Positions 38,171 through 52,934 of a stretch of 64,000 bases of DNA are shown piece by piece. Under the pieces are notes generated by a model. The model did no database searches and was not told where the DNA came from. It was given only the letters and a program-made list of their open reading frames with translations. The stretch lies in assembly GCA_964016885.1 (NCBI GenBank), contig OZ024743.1:33294001-33358000 (forward strand). The letters are read 5' to 3'. The first letter of the stretch is position 1; every line of letters starts with the position of its first letter. The stretch comes from Eledone cirrhosa (taxonomy: Eukaryota). Both the position numbers and the translations under genes were made by a program.

Positions 38171-41100
38171 TTTCTTTCAAATATAGTTTCATGAGAGATA
38201 TGCTAATAAAATGGTTAAGTATCTGCCTGAAGATCTGAAATAGGAGGTTATTTTGTAATCATAATTATCCCCTTCTTGTAATTGGTGCAGCTAGTCATTA
38301 GAATGTCACTTTAGACATTCTAGCAGTCAGCCTGATCTCTCTCCTCTGTCAAATGCTGAAGGATCACAGTGTTGAGACTTGTCCAGTCCTTTATATTGTT
38401 GGGCTAGGAGGTTTTTTTCTGCCTCTTCCTCATTCTCCTTCAATTGTGCCCTAGAGAATTGCTTGAGATGGAGAGATATGGTAGGATATTTAATTATGGA
38501 ATTACTACCTGAAGGGTATTGTGAGATACTATATCTACATTATGAAATGCCTTGTTATCTGAGTTATTTTGACTATTGAGATATTGATTTCCTTTCTATT
38601 TATACTGTTTTGAATAGTATATTCATCTTTAGATCTTTTACTTCTACATATATTTTAGTTAGGTTTTAACTTTGAACCTTTATGTCTGTATGAGTATGGT
38701 ATAGCGGGTACCTATTGAGTTAAATGCTCTGGTTTCATTCTAAATTAATAAACAATTAATTATTAAGTAATACAATTAAACATTTTTCAATGTTATATAT
38801 AGCAATATAAAATACCTAGGGAATCTAAAAGTTTATTTCTTTCTAAAACGTTGACAGTTTCAACATCACATCATGGAAGAGTCATTTTAGCCATTTGAAA
38901 ACTAACTTCACTTTAAATTTATCATTTATTTCTTGGTGTCAAAATTGTCATTGCATTGTTTGCAGCTTAGCCATTGATACAGTTCTGGAATAGTATCAGT
39001 GACGAGGCTGCAAATAGTGTGATGAAAATTCTGACATCAAGAAATAAATGATAAATTTAAAGTGAAGTTAACAATTTTTGCGTGTTTTCGAATGATTAAA
39101 ATGATTTTTCTACAATGTAATTGCTTTAGTTTCAACTCACAGTCTCAGATCAAGTCATTTGCCAGACATGTAAAACTCAGAAATTTCAATGTTCTTTCCT
39201 TCAAAGTAATCCAAGAAACTAAATTGAAATACTGTTTACTAATATTAATGTTTTCATCAATCAGCTCCTTCTTTCATGTCTTAGAACAACAAATATAATT
39301 TTCTGCTTTATTTTGTAATCATTACTGTAGAGTTTTCTGTTGATTTGCAAAAGAAATATTTAACTGAATGAGTGATGGACAACAAGGTTAATTCTTGAAG
39401 AACAGCTGACAGCACAGCTTGAGCTTCCTCTTTTTACTTAACACTAATCACTTGTACAGTACAGTAAAAGCCATGACCAGTCATACTATGACAAAAAGGC
39501 CTTTCTATTTCAGTTTCAAACATCTGGCCACTAGTTATGTTGATTGCTATTTCTCAATAAGCTTCTTACTTTACTAGCAATCTTTCCACTGGCTCTTCTA
39601 CATATGAATGATATGGCATAACAATAATAGCAACAGTAAAGCAATAACATCAATGGATTAGTATATTTGTATTCTTAGCTACTTCCAATAGTAATTAATT
39701 TAGAGCCATAAATATTTTCATTACGTAATGTTTAACTAAGGAATCAATTGGTCTTTGAAACAATGAAACTGGGTTTTCTTCTGAGAAGCAAGTGCAATTT
39801 AATCTTTAGAAAGATTTTGTCCATTTGTACCACATCTCTAAATAATTTCAATCTTTTTTCTTTTCTGAAAAATAAAACCTAATACATTTGTTTCTCTGTT
39901 AGCTCATCTGAACTTAAATTCTTCCTTTATATTTCCTGATGCAATCTAAACAAGTTATTTGTCTCTTCTTTCGCAAATGCTTCTACAACATACAAACCTG
40001 TCCACTAATTTTAGTGTCATACAGTTCCACTCTTCTAATAATTTCTTTTTTTCCAGTCTCGACATAGATTTATTCAACAAAAATATCTTTCTTAACCTTA
40101 ATATTTGTGTTAGCATTTGCCAAAATTGCTTTTAGAAGTTAAAGATAAAATTTATCAGAGTTGAAATCACTTTTCAGTACTTGAATTTAATGTATATCCA
40201 CTTGAGTTGATATATATTAGATTTGCTTGTTATAGAGATTTAACCACATAAACCCAACTGTAGATTTTACTTCAGATTAGAAATCTAATTTTCAAGTTGA
40301 TGTTTTATGACTAACACTAGATTATAGTTATTTATTTATTCAACAATTTAAACGTCCATATAGAGCTAGTAAGCCATCGCTGACTAGGAGAAGTATCTAG
40401 TATATACTTCTTATAGTTGAACAACAAAAACAAAATATACAGAGGTAAGTGAATATCAATAAATAAATAAATAAATAAAATAAAATAAAATAAAATAAAA
40501 TAAAAAATGAAAACTTTAGATTTATTTTCTACTATTTAGCTTTTAAATGATTATGCTAGGGTGCCTTTTAGTGCAACAGAAGAAGGCCTCTTTCAATTGG
40601 ATTCCTTGTAGTAAATTATTTAGGATTTCTACACAGAATTATTAACAGCCAGTGAAGTGATAATTTAGTCTGAATGAAGGATCTAGCCTAATTTATTTGG
40701 ACATGCTGGTAAAAAAGAAATTGTTTTATAAACACAGGTATGGTTATGTGGGTAAGGAGTTTGCTTCCCAATCATGTGGTTTTGGGTTCAGTTCTACAGC
40801 ATAGCCCCATTGGCAGTTGTCTTCAACAATACTTTTGGATTAACCAATGCCTTGTGAGTGAAATTTAGTTTACAGAAATTGCAGAAGCCCATCATATATA
40901 TATATGTGAGTGTGGTGTCTGTGTTCCATAATTTGCCAGTATGACAAAGGAAGATTGATAAAGATAAGTACTAGACTTGAAAAATATATACTAATATCAA
41001 TCAGATCGACTAAATCCCTTGAAAGCAGTATCACAAAATGGCTGCAGTCTAATGGCTGCAAAACCAGTAAAAGATGAAAAAAATTTATCAAATATACTCA

Positions 41101-42490
41101 AACAATAGCAATTATTTAAATAATTTCTTTGTTTTAGGTTCTACTCTTCAACTTTATTGTATGTACAGTGTTGTTGGTATACCTCGTATCTTCGTAATGT
41201 TTCTCATGACTGGTGACGTTTATTTTTTCACTAGATGACAAGGTGTTGTTGCTTTGATTTCAGTATATAACAATCTTTCTAGTACTGGTTCCACAATAAA
41301 ATGCAACTAGTTCACTTTGGTGTCATGATAAAAAACCTAATACACCCTGTAAAGTGGTAGTGTTTGTGCCATTGTAAAATGTACTAAGTATACCCTGTAA
41401 GTAATAGTATTACAATAAATGCACCTGGTGTGCTTAGTAAAGTAGTTGGCATTAGATAGGAAGAGTATCAGGTCATAGAAACCATGCCAAATATGGAATG
41501 TATGAGTAAGATGACAGCATGGAAATCAAATGTAAAATGATAATGATGATGATGATATTCCCTGCTTCTCTTGAAATATCTTTAGAATTACCTGTTTTGA
41601 TTCATTTATATAGTTTCAACTTTTTATTGTTGTTCATTCTTTTAGCTGACTTTACCTTTCATTATTCTGAAGTAAAACAAACATTAGATTCGTACTGAGG
41701 GCAATCTAAGTGATTATACACTTCCTTACCTATATATTGCTTTATGCTAATGTAAGAAAACATCATTTTATAAAGGTGATCTAGTTTAATGAAATGGTCA
41801 GAAATATGAGGGGAAGCTGTGATCAATTAAGAAGGTAACTAAAAAAATGAATGGTTTAGATTCAAAATAAACTAAAGTTGTATAGTAAAAGTCAGCAAGT
41901 CAACTATTTCTTTGGAAAGGGTGATGAGATTAACTGTGTTTGGAGGAACGATTAAGCCATCTGCAATGGATGTCTTTGGGCAGCTTTTACTCAGCATAAT
42001 TGGAAATCTTGGCTGGAAATTACCAATTTTATAGGGGAGATATTTTGGCAAAGAAATGCTTCAGGCTGTTGTCTGAAAAGATAATTGAAACCATATCTAA
42101 GAATAGAGAGGCAGAAATAACAGATTACAAGTAAAGAAAAAAAAAAGAGAGTGAGTGAGTGAGTGTGTGTGTGCGTGTGGTTGATTTCTTTGGAGTAAAG
42201 ATTAACTGTAGAGGTACTCATACCTTCTCTCCTCTCACTCTCTATTTAACGTTTCCCTCTCACTCTCTATTTAACGTTCTTTTTCTCTTTCTTATGTTAT
42301 ATAATATGATGATAAAGATATAAACATTATAATTTTTACACATAGTATGTCCAAATCAGCCAGGAATATGTAGGAATATGTCCGTGAAATATGTCCATGG
42401 AATATGTCCTTAGAAGATGGACTATTCCTCTTCTTATTTCTCCAATTTAGTCTTTCTATTTGTTTCCTTTTAGGCAGCAGCAGCCTCTAA

Positions 42491-42696
42491 CCCTTTAGCA
42501 TTCACATTACTCTATGTATACTATTATATTTTCAGGGTAAAGGCTTTACTTCACATAATATCGAATCTATGAGATTTTGAAAGTATTTATTTTGAGAACA
42601 ATACCTTAACATCAGTTTGAGCAACCAGTTACAGTTGTTTCAACAGAAAGAGGTAGAGAATTCTGGCTGGTTTTGGCCGGTTTGAACATTAACGGG
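42491..42696. mobile_element. Same MITE with CTAA TSD
   Basis: CTAA at 42487-42490 and 42697-42700. Confidence 0.85.
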
Positions 42697-42966
42697 CTAA
42701 ATATTTTATACGCTATCTTAGTAGGATAATATATAAAATGAATACATTTAATATTGTCTCAGCAACATTGGCATTTAATGTCATTTGATATTGTTTCAAT
42801 AACAGCAAAATCATATTATTATGGTTTTAACTTCTGAAGCCATTTATCAGTGATTTGGGAAGAATAAAAAAGACAATCTCTGATATAAACTTTGAAAGAT
42901 TTTAGTTGTATATTTAGAATATAATCTGACCCACTGCTTTTTCAGAAATAACAAAAAGAAACAAAT

Positions 42967-43358
42967 AAGTAATGGTTTCTATTATAGGCACAAGGCCAGC
43001 AATTTCGGGGGAGGGGAAAGTCAATTGAAATGACCCCAGTGTATTATTGGTACTTTATTTTATTAACCTCATAAGGATGAAAGGTTAAACTAACCTCAGC
43101 GGGATTTGAACTCAGACTGTAAAGAGGCGTAACTCTATGCTGCAAAGAATGGTGTCTGACGCTCTACTGATACTGCCGGCTGTCAAATATATAATAATTG
43201 TTTCCACTTTTGGCAATTACCCAGTACATTACTGATACTTTATTTTATTGACCCCGTAAGGATGAAAGGCAAAGTTAACCTCGGTGGGATTTGAACTTAG
43301 ATTGTAAAGGGACATAACTATGCTGGAAAGCATGACCGACGCTCTACCGATACTGCCG
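42967..43358 (-). mobile_element. Two tandem SINE copies (long and short subfamily)
   Basis: 42967-43180 and 43193-43358 match the family; another decayed copy lies at 45723-45948. Confidence 0.85.
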
Positions 43359-44167
43359 ATAATAATACACAATAGTAATCATTAATTATTCCATTTTTAT
43401 TCCATTCATTTGAGCCTGGGGTTAAACAACAACATAAAAATAGAGTAGCTTCAATTAGAACATTGAACTATAAAGTTTAGCCCTTTCTAACCATATTTCT
43501 GGTAAAAGACTTCCTCTGATTTTTAAATAACTTTATAAGTAATCACGAATTTGGAGCGGTTTAACAGAATAATTTTCTCACTATTGAGCTGGTCTTTGGC
43601 ACATAGCCTGACAGATACTCTTACATAGAATTATGATGGAAGGATTTTAGATAAATGTTAAAAATATAAAATAAACAACTTAGGGTGTGCTTCAAGCTGT
43701 TTGGTATCAAAAACGTTAATTCATCACAAAACACTACAAAAATGTTTGCTATAAGATCTTAAAGCGCCTTGTGAATGTTGAATCAGCTGCTTTCATACTA
43801 TATATTTATTCAACCACTAAAAGGAATTTCAACTTCACTCTTTTTTTTTATATATTCTACTTCAATTTTACATTTCCATAATAACTCATAAGCTTATTAT
43901 GTAAGATTTTAAGGTAAATCTATGGTTGATATAACTATTCTTCTTTAATTAGGATGTTTCACTGTTAAAAGAATGAAGTGTCAGTTGTAAACAATTACAA
44001 CTGCTCTTCCATACAATCTCTTATGTTTTTATGTGTACGGAGGAATATTTGAAAGTGTTTACACTTTATACTTTATTCTTTTCACAGTGAAAGCTTCTAA
44101 TTCAAAAGCAGCGGTTAAACCTTAAGTTTACTTTAAATCTTCATATATACACTGCATTCTAGCTTAA

Positions 44168-44388
44168 CTCTTTAGCATTCACATTACTCTATATTTACTT
44201 TTGTATTTTCACAGTAAAGTCTTTATCTCATGTAATTATCTTCCATAATATTGAATCTGTGAGATTTTAGTATTATTTATTATGAGAACAATACCTTCAC
44301 ATCGATATAAGCAGCTGGTTATGGCCAGTTTGAACAGAAAGAGGTGAGAAAATTCTGACCGGATACGGCCGGTTTAAATGCTAAAGAG
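44168..44388. mobile_element. Same MITE
   Basis: Internal sequence and TIRs match. Confidence 0.8.
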
Positions 44389-44760
44389 TATTTATTACTT
44401 ATTATGTAAATTTTCACAGCCGGAAATATTAAGCAAAGTGACAAATCACAAATGCCATTTATTTGAAGGAAAATATTACCACTAGCTATAACCAAACTGC
44501 AACTATAAGATTAATTGAAAATGTTTACCCATTAGTAATGCCCTTTCTTTAAATTCTCACACCTCTAGTATATTGTGAACTAGATAAAGAAAATTTAGTT
44601 TATTTTTTACACTTCAAGAATTGTTTAACTTTAAACCACTGTTGATTTACAAAAGAACTAAATGTTGTATTGTATTATATTTGAGAGAGTACTCTTCTTC
44701 GAAGAACCATCATAATCCATATCGTGAAGCTTTTTGTGACACAAAGATATAGTTCTTTAA

Positions 44761-44971
44761 CCTTTTAGCATTTACATTACTCCATATTTACTATTATATT
44801 TTCACAGTAAAGGCTTTATTTCACATAATTATCTCACATAATATCAAAGCTATGAGATTTTGATATTATTTATTTTGAGAACAATACCTTAACATCAGTA
44901 TTTACAGCTGGTTTGAACAGAAAGAGGAGAGAGAATGCTGGTCAGATATGGCCGGTTTAAATGCTAAAGGG
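44761..44971. mobile_element. Same MITE
   Basis: TTAA TSDs and TIRs. Confidence 0.85.
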
Positions 44972-47900
44972 TTAAATTGTCTCATAAGGATCCCTCCTAC
45001 ATCTTAGAAGTTTTATTCTTTATATACATAACAAGCCAACAATGATTTTTAAAATTATAAGAACTTTTGATAATCAGAAGTGATCATTCAAATACATATT
45101 TATATAACAAAGTAAACCACTGTATGAAACCCCACTTTTGAAACCAACCCACCTGAAATTGCCTCTGGTTCTGAGACAAAACTGTTCATTTTAAAATGTT
45201 CATATCTAAATTAAAACCATCCTTCGTAATTTTGTGGAAGAAAATGTTGTTAATTTATGTTCAAAACACGAACTTAATAATGAAAAATTACTAAATTCCT
45301 CCAAATTCTTGATTATTTTAACAATTAATCAACACACATGGGCTGTGTATCTCATTAGAAATATGGTTAAAAAGTGTTTAAAGAGATAAATTCTTACATT
45401 TCGTTTTCACATTCCTTCTTAAAGAAAAAGAAACCAGATCGAGTCTGCAGTTTTGAATACAATTATATTAACCAAGTGTTGGTGGCAGTGGATGTGACAG
45501 AATAGTGTGAAAGAGTGGTATGTTTTGTTTCTTTCAATCTTTCAGCCTGTAGTATCAATAACTCTTGGATAAAAGTTGTGTAGAAGTGGTTATCTGATAT
45601 TGTATACATAAGCTGTGCATACCCGAAGGGGTTTGCATGTGCCACTGTTTAGTTTTAACCTGTTAAACTGATGAGAGATAAATCTACTTCTATAGAGAAT
45701 ACTAACTGACCTATTATTCTGAAATAATTGTTTCTGATTTAGGCACAAAGCTAAGAGTTTTTGTTTTTTTTAGGGGGGGGGGGGATGAAATGGCCCCCCA
45801 GTGTGTTACTGATACGTTATTTTATTGACTCCTTAAGGATGAAAGGTAAAAGCTAACCATGGCAAGATGTGAACTAAGAACGCAAAGGGACGTAATTCCA
45901 TGCCCCAAAGGATGGTTTAAAACGCTCTACCGATTTTGCCAATCCACCTAATTCCAAAATAATGTTATCTATTTCCAACGGCTAGATTAGTGAACGGGTA
46001 CAATATAAAATAAAGTAACATTGCAGAAATATAACTGAATGCCAGCAGTAGATTTGATCTCACAACCTGCCAAAAGGGGCTGGGAAGATTCTTCAGCTAT
46101 GTTAAAGATATGATAGCCTGACTAATACTGGTGCCATAATAAAATGCACTTCATATAATGTGAGAACATATGTAAGCAAAATACATGCCCTCAGGCCATC
46201 CTAGAGGATGGTGGCTCCAGTAGAGTAATAACTCAGTCTGTGAAGACCCAACCAACCTTTGCTAGCAGAGAAGATAGACATTAGATATTGATGATGAGGA
46301 TAATGAGCCTAGGTAGTCTTATACTTTATCCATTTGAACATCTATTATTGCTATTGAGTAAAGTAAGGTGATGTTTTATATGAGTGTTTTGCTTTTAGTG
46401 TATTATATCAAATATATGCTTTTTAGATGTACTCTGTTCACGTTAAACAATGCAAATATAAGGTTCTTCTATACAATAGCGTTGACATTGTGACATCAAT
46501 ATCATGACAGGTGTCAATATCTTTCCATTGTTGATCTTGATTATTTTTATCACATGTTTGCATGTGTTGTTCCTATTATTATAGAAATAGATTTGGTACA
46601 GAGAGAGACAGAGAAAAAAAGCATTTGTATAACTTAGTCAAAGGAGGAAGTGTAGCATGCATGTTATAAGGGACTTTCAATATTCATAATTAATTATATG
46701 AAGCAGAGCTCCAAGATATCAATTTCCCACCAGGCTGGAGAGACCTATACTAAATGCTTACAACAGAGTGAACTTCACCAAAGGCACCCAAGAGCTGGGG
46801 GGGGGGGGGGGGGGGGGGGGATTCAGCCCTGTCATTTCCATATTTCAAATGATTTAAAAAATAATCAAGAATTTCAAGGGATTTAGTAATATAACCAACT
46901 TTCTCATTATTAGGTTAGTGTTTGGAATATAACTTAATAAAGGTTGTTATATATGATTATGATTGAAGGTTTTTAGATAAATATGAACATTTTATAATAA
47001 ACAGTTTTGTATAATAGAACCACGGACGGTTTTATGCAAGAAGTTTTTTTTTTTAAGTTATGCTCGAAACACTACCTTAATAATGAGTTGGTTACTAAAT
47101 CTCTCCAAATTCTGGATTATTTTCAAAATGATTTGTTAATCGTAGGCAGTGTCTTTTATGAGAAATATGGTAATGAAAGGGTTTAGCATTTTTACTCTAT
47201 GTTCTTCTTTACAACTTTATTCCATTGTAAAATTTTGTTCATATTAGTTAAATCTGTAATCGTGAGTATATCTTATACAATTATGATCATACATGGACGA
47301 AATATTCTTAAATAATGACAACCTGAATTCAATCAATCTTTTAGTAATGTCTTACAACACATAGTTATTAAAAGACTACTATAAATAGGTTTTTATAAGT
47401 TAATAGGCTTTTCTGAGTACCTATTGAACTTCAGGCACCATGTAACTTTGGAATTTGCTGTATTTGATAATGTCTTTGGTCACTTCTTACTCATCCTTTC
47501 TTATGTTTAATAGATTTATTTTACTATGTTTTTATAACGAGCTTTTCTTCTCTTTCTCAAAGTTGTTCACATTACAATATAGCTGTCTGCAAACAAGAGA
47601 GAATGTCTGAACATTACTGATCAGAGATTACTTGTTCTCTCTGCTTGCCAAAATACAAAACAATTCAATCAGTCAATATCATAGATATTATTATATAGCT
47701 TTAGATATAAAGCATATTTTCTCTCAGTGTTAGTTTGTTGATTCATGTTTTACAAAACCTTCAGGTTACCTACATATTCAGAAATATACTTTTCCATCTC
47801 TCTCTATCTCTTTCTCTCTCTCACATATATATATGTATATATGCACACACACATACATATTATACACACAAATATACTGCAAATATAATGTAGATGATAT

Positions 47901-48403
47901 CCACTATACACGTACGCACACACACACATGCTTCTTAATATAATTGCTCACATATTCTTTATGCTGAGATACTAAAATGCAACAGAGCAAAAATAATGTT
48001 TTGGTCTGTGTTAATATCTGAGAAAGAAAGAACACCTATATTTATACAGCTACTACAAAGTAATTTTTCTTTTCCTGAAATTTTCTCTCCATCCATGTTT
48101 ATCTCCCTTCTCTAATCTGAAGCAATTCAGTGTCAATTCAATTGCAAGTCAGATCAGAAAATTGATAGACTCTAATCTGAGGTTAAAAATTTTGATACCA
48201 CCTTTCCCTGGGCCATATTAACTCATGGTCAGCTTTCAGTTATTTCAGGCCCCCTCTACAGCAAAAAAAAAACATAGATGGGTCTCTATCCCACCCCATT
48301 CCCTAGGATTTGTAGGCTTCAGCTTAGTCGGCCATATGGATAATATTGCAATAAATTTGCCCCAAACGCCTCTGGGTCAGAGAAACAGAACCTCTAGTTT
48401 TAA

Positions 48404-48606
48404 CCCTTTAGTATTCACATTATATTTGTTATTGTATTTTCGCAGTAAAGGCTTTACCTCACATAATATCGAATCTATGAGATTTTGATATTATTTATTT
48501 TGAGAACAATACCTTAATGTCAGTATTAGGAGTTGGTCATGGCCAGTTTAAATAGAAAGATGTGAGAAAATTCTGGCTGGATACGGCCGGTTTAAATGCT
48601 AAAAGG
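48404..48606. mobile_element. Same MITE
   Basis: TTAA TSDs and TIRs. Confidence 0.85.
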
Positions 48607-49329
48607 TTAAAGGGTTCCTTGTTTAAATTAAGACCATCAAACATAAGTTTATGTAAAAACCTTTTGTTTTGTTGCAAATACCATTGTAATAATGAAATAA
48701 TTAATAATTGTAGTAAATCCCTCAAAATTCTTCATGAATTCATTGAAATGCAGTGTATTTGATTAGAAATGTCTTTATCAATCTAGAAAACATTGTTGAA
48801 TAAAATACTGGCAGTAATAGGTCAATACATTTAGTAGGTCATGCATCATCATCATCATTATTTTCACAGTTTTTTTCCTTACTAGCATGGGGTTAGATGA
48901 GACCTTTTGGGGCAGTGTTCTGCAGCCACATGTTTTTCATGATGTCATATATATATATATGATGTCATATATATATGATGTCATATATATATTTAAGGTA
49001 GACGTCTGCACAGTTTCTGTAATCCAGACTTTGCTCTCAAGGTATTGGTCAGCCCAACGTTATAGTAGTAGGCACTTGCCATGTAGTAGGATCAAATTTG
49101 AAACTACATAGTTGTAAAGAAAATTTCTTAATCGCACAGCAATTCCTACATATGAAATGCATAGGTAAATGAATGAAGAATATGTTCAAATTAATTCAAT
49201 TCACAATATATGAAGAAACCCATCATTACAACATCCATTCAATAGGTTTTGTAGAGACCATGTCTGTATGTCATCATTGATATCAAGAAACTGTAAAAAG
49301 TCAGCTAGATCATATTTTAGTTAACTATA

Positions 49330-49605
49330 GAAGCTATTAACAGCTGGTCCAAGGCAATATTGATCTCAGGGAATGGAGAACACCTGGCAGAGGACAGGGA
49401 TAAATGGAAAGCAACCATAAAAACAGCTGTATCCAGCTTTGAGGAGGGCAGGAAGGTAACAACTGCCACCCAACCACCAACTGACCATGTACACACATGC
49501 CCCAACTGTAGCAGAGCCTGTTGGCCCAGGATTGGCCTCTACAGCCACCTCAGGGTGTGCCACCGCACAGAACAGAACAACAATTCTTCCCACTGATATT
49601 CGCAA
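49330..49605 (+). mobile_element. 3' fragment of a BovB/RTE-like LINE with C-terminal C2H2-like finger
   Basis: LAEDRDKWKATI..FEE..CPNCSRACWPRIGLYSHLRVCH. Confidence 0.65.
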
Positions 49606-52202
49606 GCAAAAAATTCACCATTCATAGTAGGTATTGTGAAAAACAACTAACTAAAAAAGCTTTTGTGGTAGTAGATGATGGACGTGATGTACATGTTTGC
49701 CACCTCTGCCTGACGTTTCAGGGATAGCTTCCTCTCAGCCCATTTGTAGGTTAGAGTGGCCATCCTGCCCATTTCCTTGTCCCAGTTTTTATCCAGTTAT
49801 TTCAGGAGATTGAAAGGGCGAATTTGATGTATTTACACATTTGCTAAGAATAAAGTAAAATTGTCTCAAAGTTGAAAGGATTGTGGGTGCAACATGACTG
49901 AAATTACCATCCAACTAAAATATCCCTTATATTAATCATAAGAATTTGTTTGAGATATTTGTCTTTCATCTTCATGCATTATGATTGACCTCTGTTAGCT
50001 TTGAGGATCAGTGTCCCAGTTGTTCAAACAGTAGAACTGCATGCTTTAACATTTTTCATACAAGTACCTAAGCATTCCAAAAGCAAATATACCCTAAAAA
50101 TATTTCTCAGGGAGAATCTGAGTCATATGGCTGGCCCTTTAGATTACAGCTATAACTAATTTTTCTTTCAGCTAAGGGAACTTGAGCAAGATAAAATATT
50201 ATTACTTGCACAAGAACACAACACAATGCTTAACCTAAAAACCAAGCACATAACTTTATAATCATGAGTCTAATACCTTAACCAGTAAGCCATGCACCTT
50301 ACCTCAATACAATCCAAAAATAAATACGATGTGCACATTCTTCTATAAATACAATGCGTGATCTAACTGAGTGATTCTATGAAAATGTTATTTGAAATTT
50401 AAAAGCAGAATCAGCTGAGAGAAATTGAGGAAATAATTTATTTAGTAAATAAGATGGTGCGATTATATAGATTTTATAAAATATTCATTACCATGGAGTA
50501 GAATTAAAATAGCTAGATTTAAATATAGTCCTGTTTTATTTAGAGAAATAAAATAGCTTTTATATTTCAATACTATATTTAATATCACATGAACATAAAC
50601 ATTATTTAAAGAAAACATAAACATACATGAAAATATATTATAACTAAATATTTGAAAATAAAATTACATTTTAGAAAATGTGTCCCTATATTTTCCTAAT
50701 TCTTTTTCCCCCCGTGTTTTAGAAAGTCACACAATCTACCTTGTATTATAAATATGAAATAGGATTATTTGGTGATAGGCTAAACATAATTTACCTGATG
50801 AAATTATGATCTTGCTTAAGTCAATATAGGAAAATGATGCCATTATAATCTCCCAATTAAGGCTACATACATGAGACCATCATAAGTTTAAGTGCATGTA
50901 CAGAATGGAAGCCTAAATTTAAGCAGACATTAATAGATTAATGAGCTGTATCTTCAGTAAATAGAAGCAAACCTATTAACTGTATTTGGCCATATACATA
51001 CAATATTCAAGTATTTATCCAGCGTGATAATGATTTATCTAGAGTGTGATCATTAATTCATGTAGAAAGAAGAAATTCTCGAGAATTTAGATTAAATAAA
51101 TTATTTGCATCTCTAAAATCAATTGAGAAATTATACTGCAAGCTATACCAGCTACCAATGAATCATTCTGTAGCCTCCGATTTAAAGAAATATTGAGGTC
51201 AACAAGAGTCACTTCCCTTAGACAAATGCAACCGCTTTAAATCAACAAAGCTATTAGTAGTAGGATTTCCCCAACTTTATACATAGAGGGGAAAATATCT
51301 AATTTATTTACAAATACATGAAGTATTTAATTTCTTTTTTGCAATAATATTTGAAATCAGAAAATTAATAATAATTTCTGTTAATTAACGAGAATTCGAT
51401 AGTGTCAAAGAATAGTATTTTCCAAGGGAAACAACTTGTATAATGCTAAAAATTAAATTTCAAAATCGTAATTCTTCCTAATATACTTTTTTTGCTTCTA
51501 ATAGATTCAGGCTATGCAGAGGAACTGTTTTCGTTAGTCGATCATATGGACATCCATATTTATCATTTTCATATCTGGTACTTATTTCATTGATCTTTTT
51601 TTTATCAAACCGCTAACTAACAGGAGATAAACACACACACACACATATATATATATCATCATCATCATCATCGTTTAACGTCCATTTTCCACGCTAGCAT
51701 GGGTAGGATGGTCTGACCCATTGGGGGAGGATCAGGTCAGAAGACCGCTTGTTTTGCTCACCTGGGGTTGATATGAAGGTCTTCGACAATTTCTAGCTAC
51801 AAAATTCTATTCACAAGGCATCAGTCATCTCAAAAGCTATAGCAGAAGATACTTGCCTAAGGTGCCAAGCAGAGGGACTGACCCTGGGACTATGTAGTTA
51901 GGGGGAAAACTCCTTAATGTTGATGATAGTGATGAAAATTCTACCTGTTATACTCCTAAACTATATAACACATTATACATGTTGTTTAGAAGGGGAGCTA
52001 CATAATCACAGGTTGTAGTTTAAAAGAAGAAGGATAAGATATTTCCTATCACATTAATACAACCATACATTTGAAAATTGGCATCAGGATAAATAATTCT
52101 ATATTCTAGGAAATTGTGGTTTCTAAAATAGAATTATTGCATGACAAACATTTAACTATTCACTTAATTTTTCATTTCATGGTAATATATTTATGTGTAT
52201 GA

Positions 52203-52269
<67 letters not shown>

Positions 52270-52275
52270 ATTTGA

Positions 52276-52311
52276 ACTGCCTGAAGAGGTCACCGAAATA
52301 TATATAGCAGT
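52276..52311 (+). ncRNA. Ultra-compact type I hammerhead motif
   Basis: ACUGC-CUGAAGA-GGUcACC-GAAA-UAUAUA-UA-GCAGU, with a perfect 5-bp stem I, between (TA)n tracts. Confidence 0.65.
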
Positions 52312-52442
52312 ATATCTATAATTTATAATAAACAAAGCCAAATTTTACATATTTGACTTAATTAATTTATATATATATATATATACATACACATTCTAGC
52401 GTGGAAAAGTGAATGTTAAATGATGATATATATGTGTGTGTG

Positions 52443-52511
<69 letters not shown>

Positions 52512-52934
52512 CATTACTAAACAAAATTTATTGTTTTAAATTGTATATTTATAAACTAGCTGTGATCATGGAAATATTATTTTGCAAGATATATTTGCAT
52601 TAGTTTGAATATCATTTTTATATTAATATTGAATATCTTACATTATATATATTGATTCAGTGATTACAATGAAGTAAAAAAAAATTATATCAAAATTAAA
52701 TAGAAATAAGTTAAAGAAGAAGAATACATGAAGATACTATATCAATAAATTAATATACTCCTTCAAATTAATAAGGTGGACAATTAGCAGAGTCATTTGA
52801 GCATTTGATTTTAAATGCTTCAGCATTTGTTCTAGCTGACTGCAAGCTAAGTTCAAGTCTTACCAAGGTAAACTTTGTCTTTTATTCTATTGAGGGTGAT
52901 AAATAAAGTATCACTTCATTACTGAGGTTGGCTC

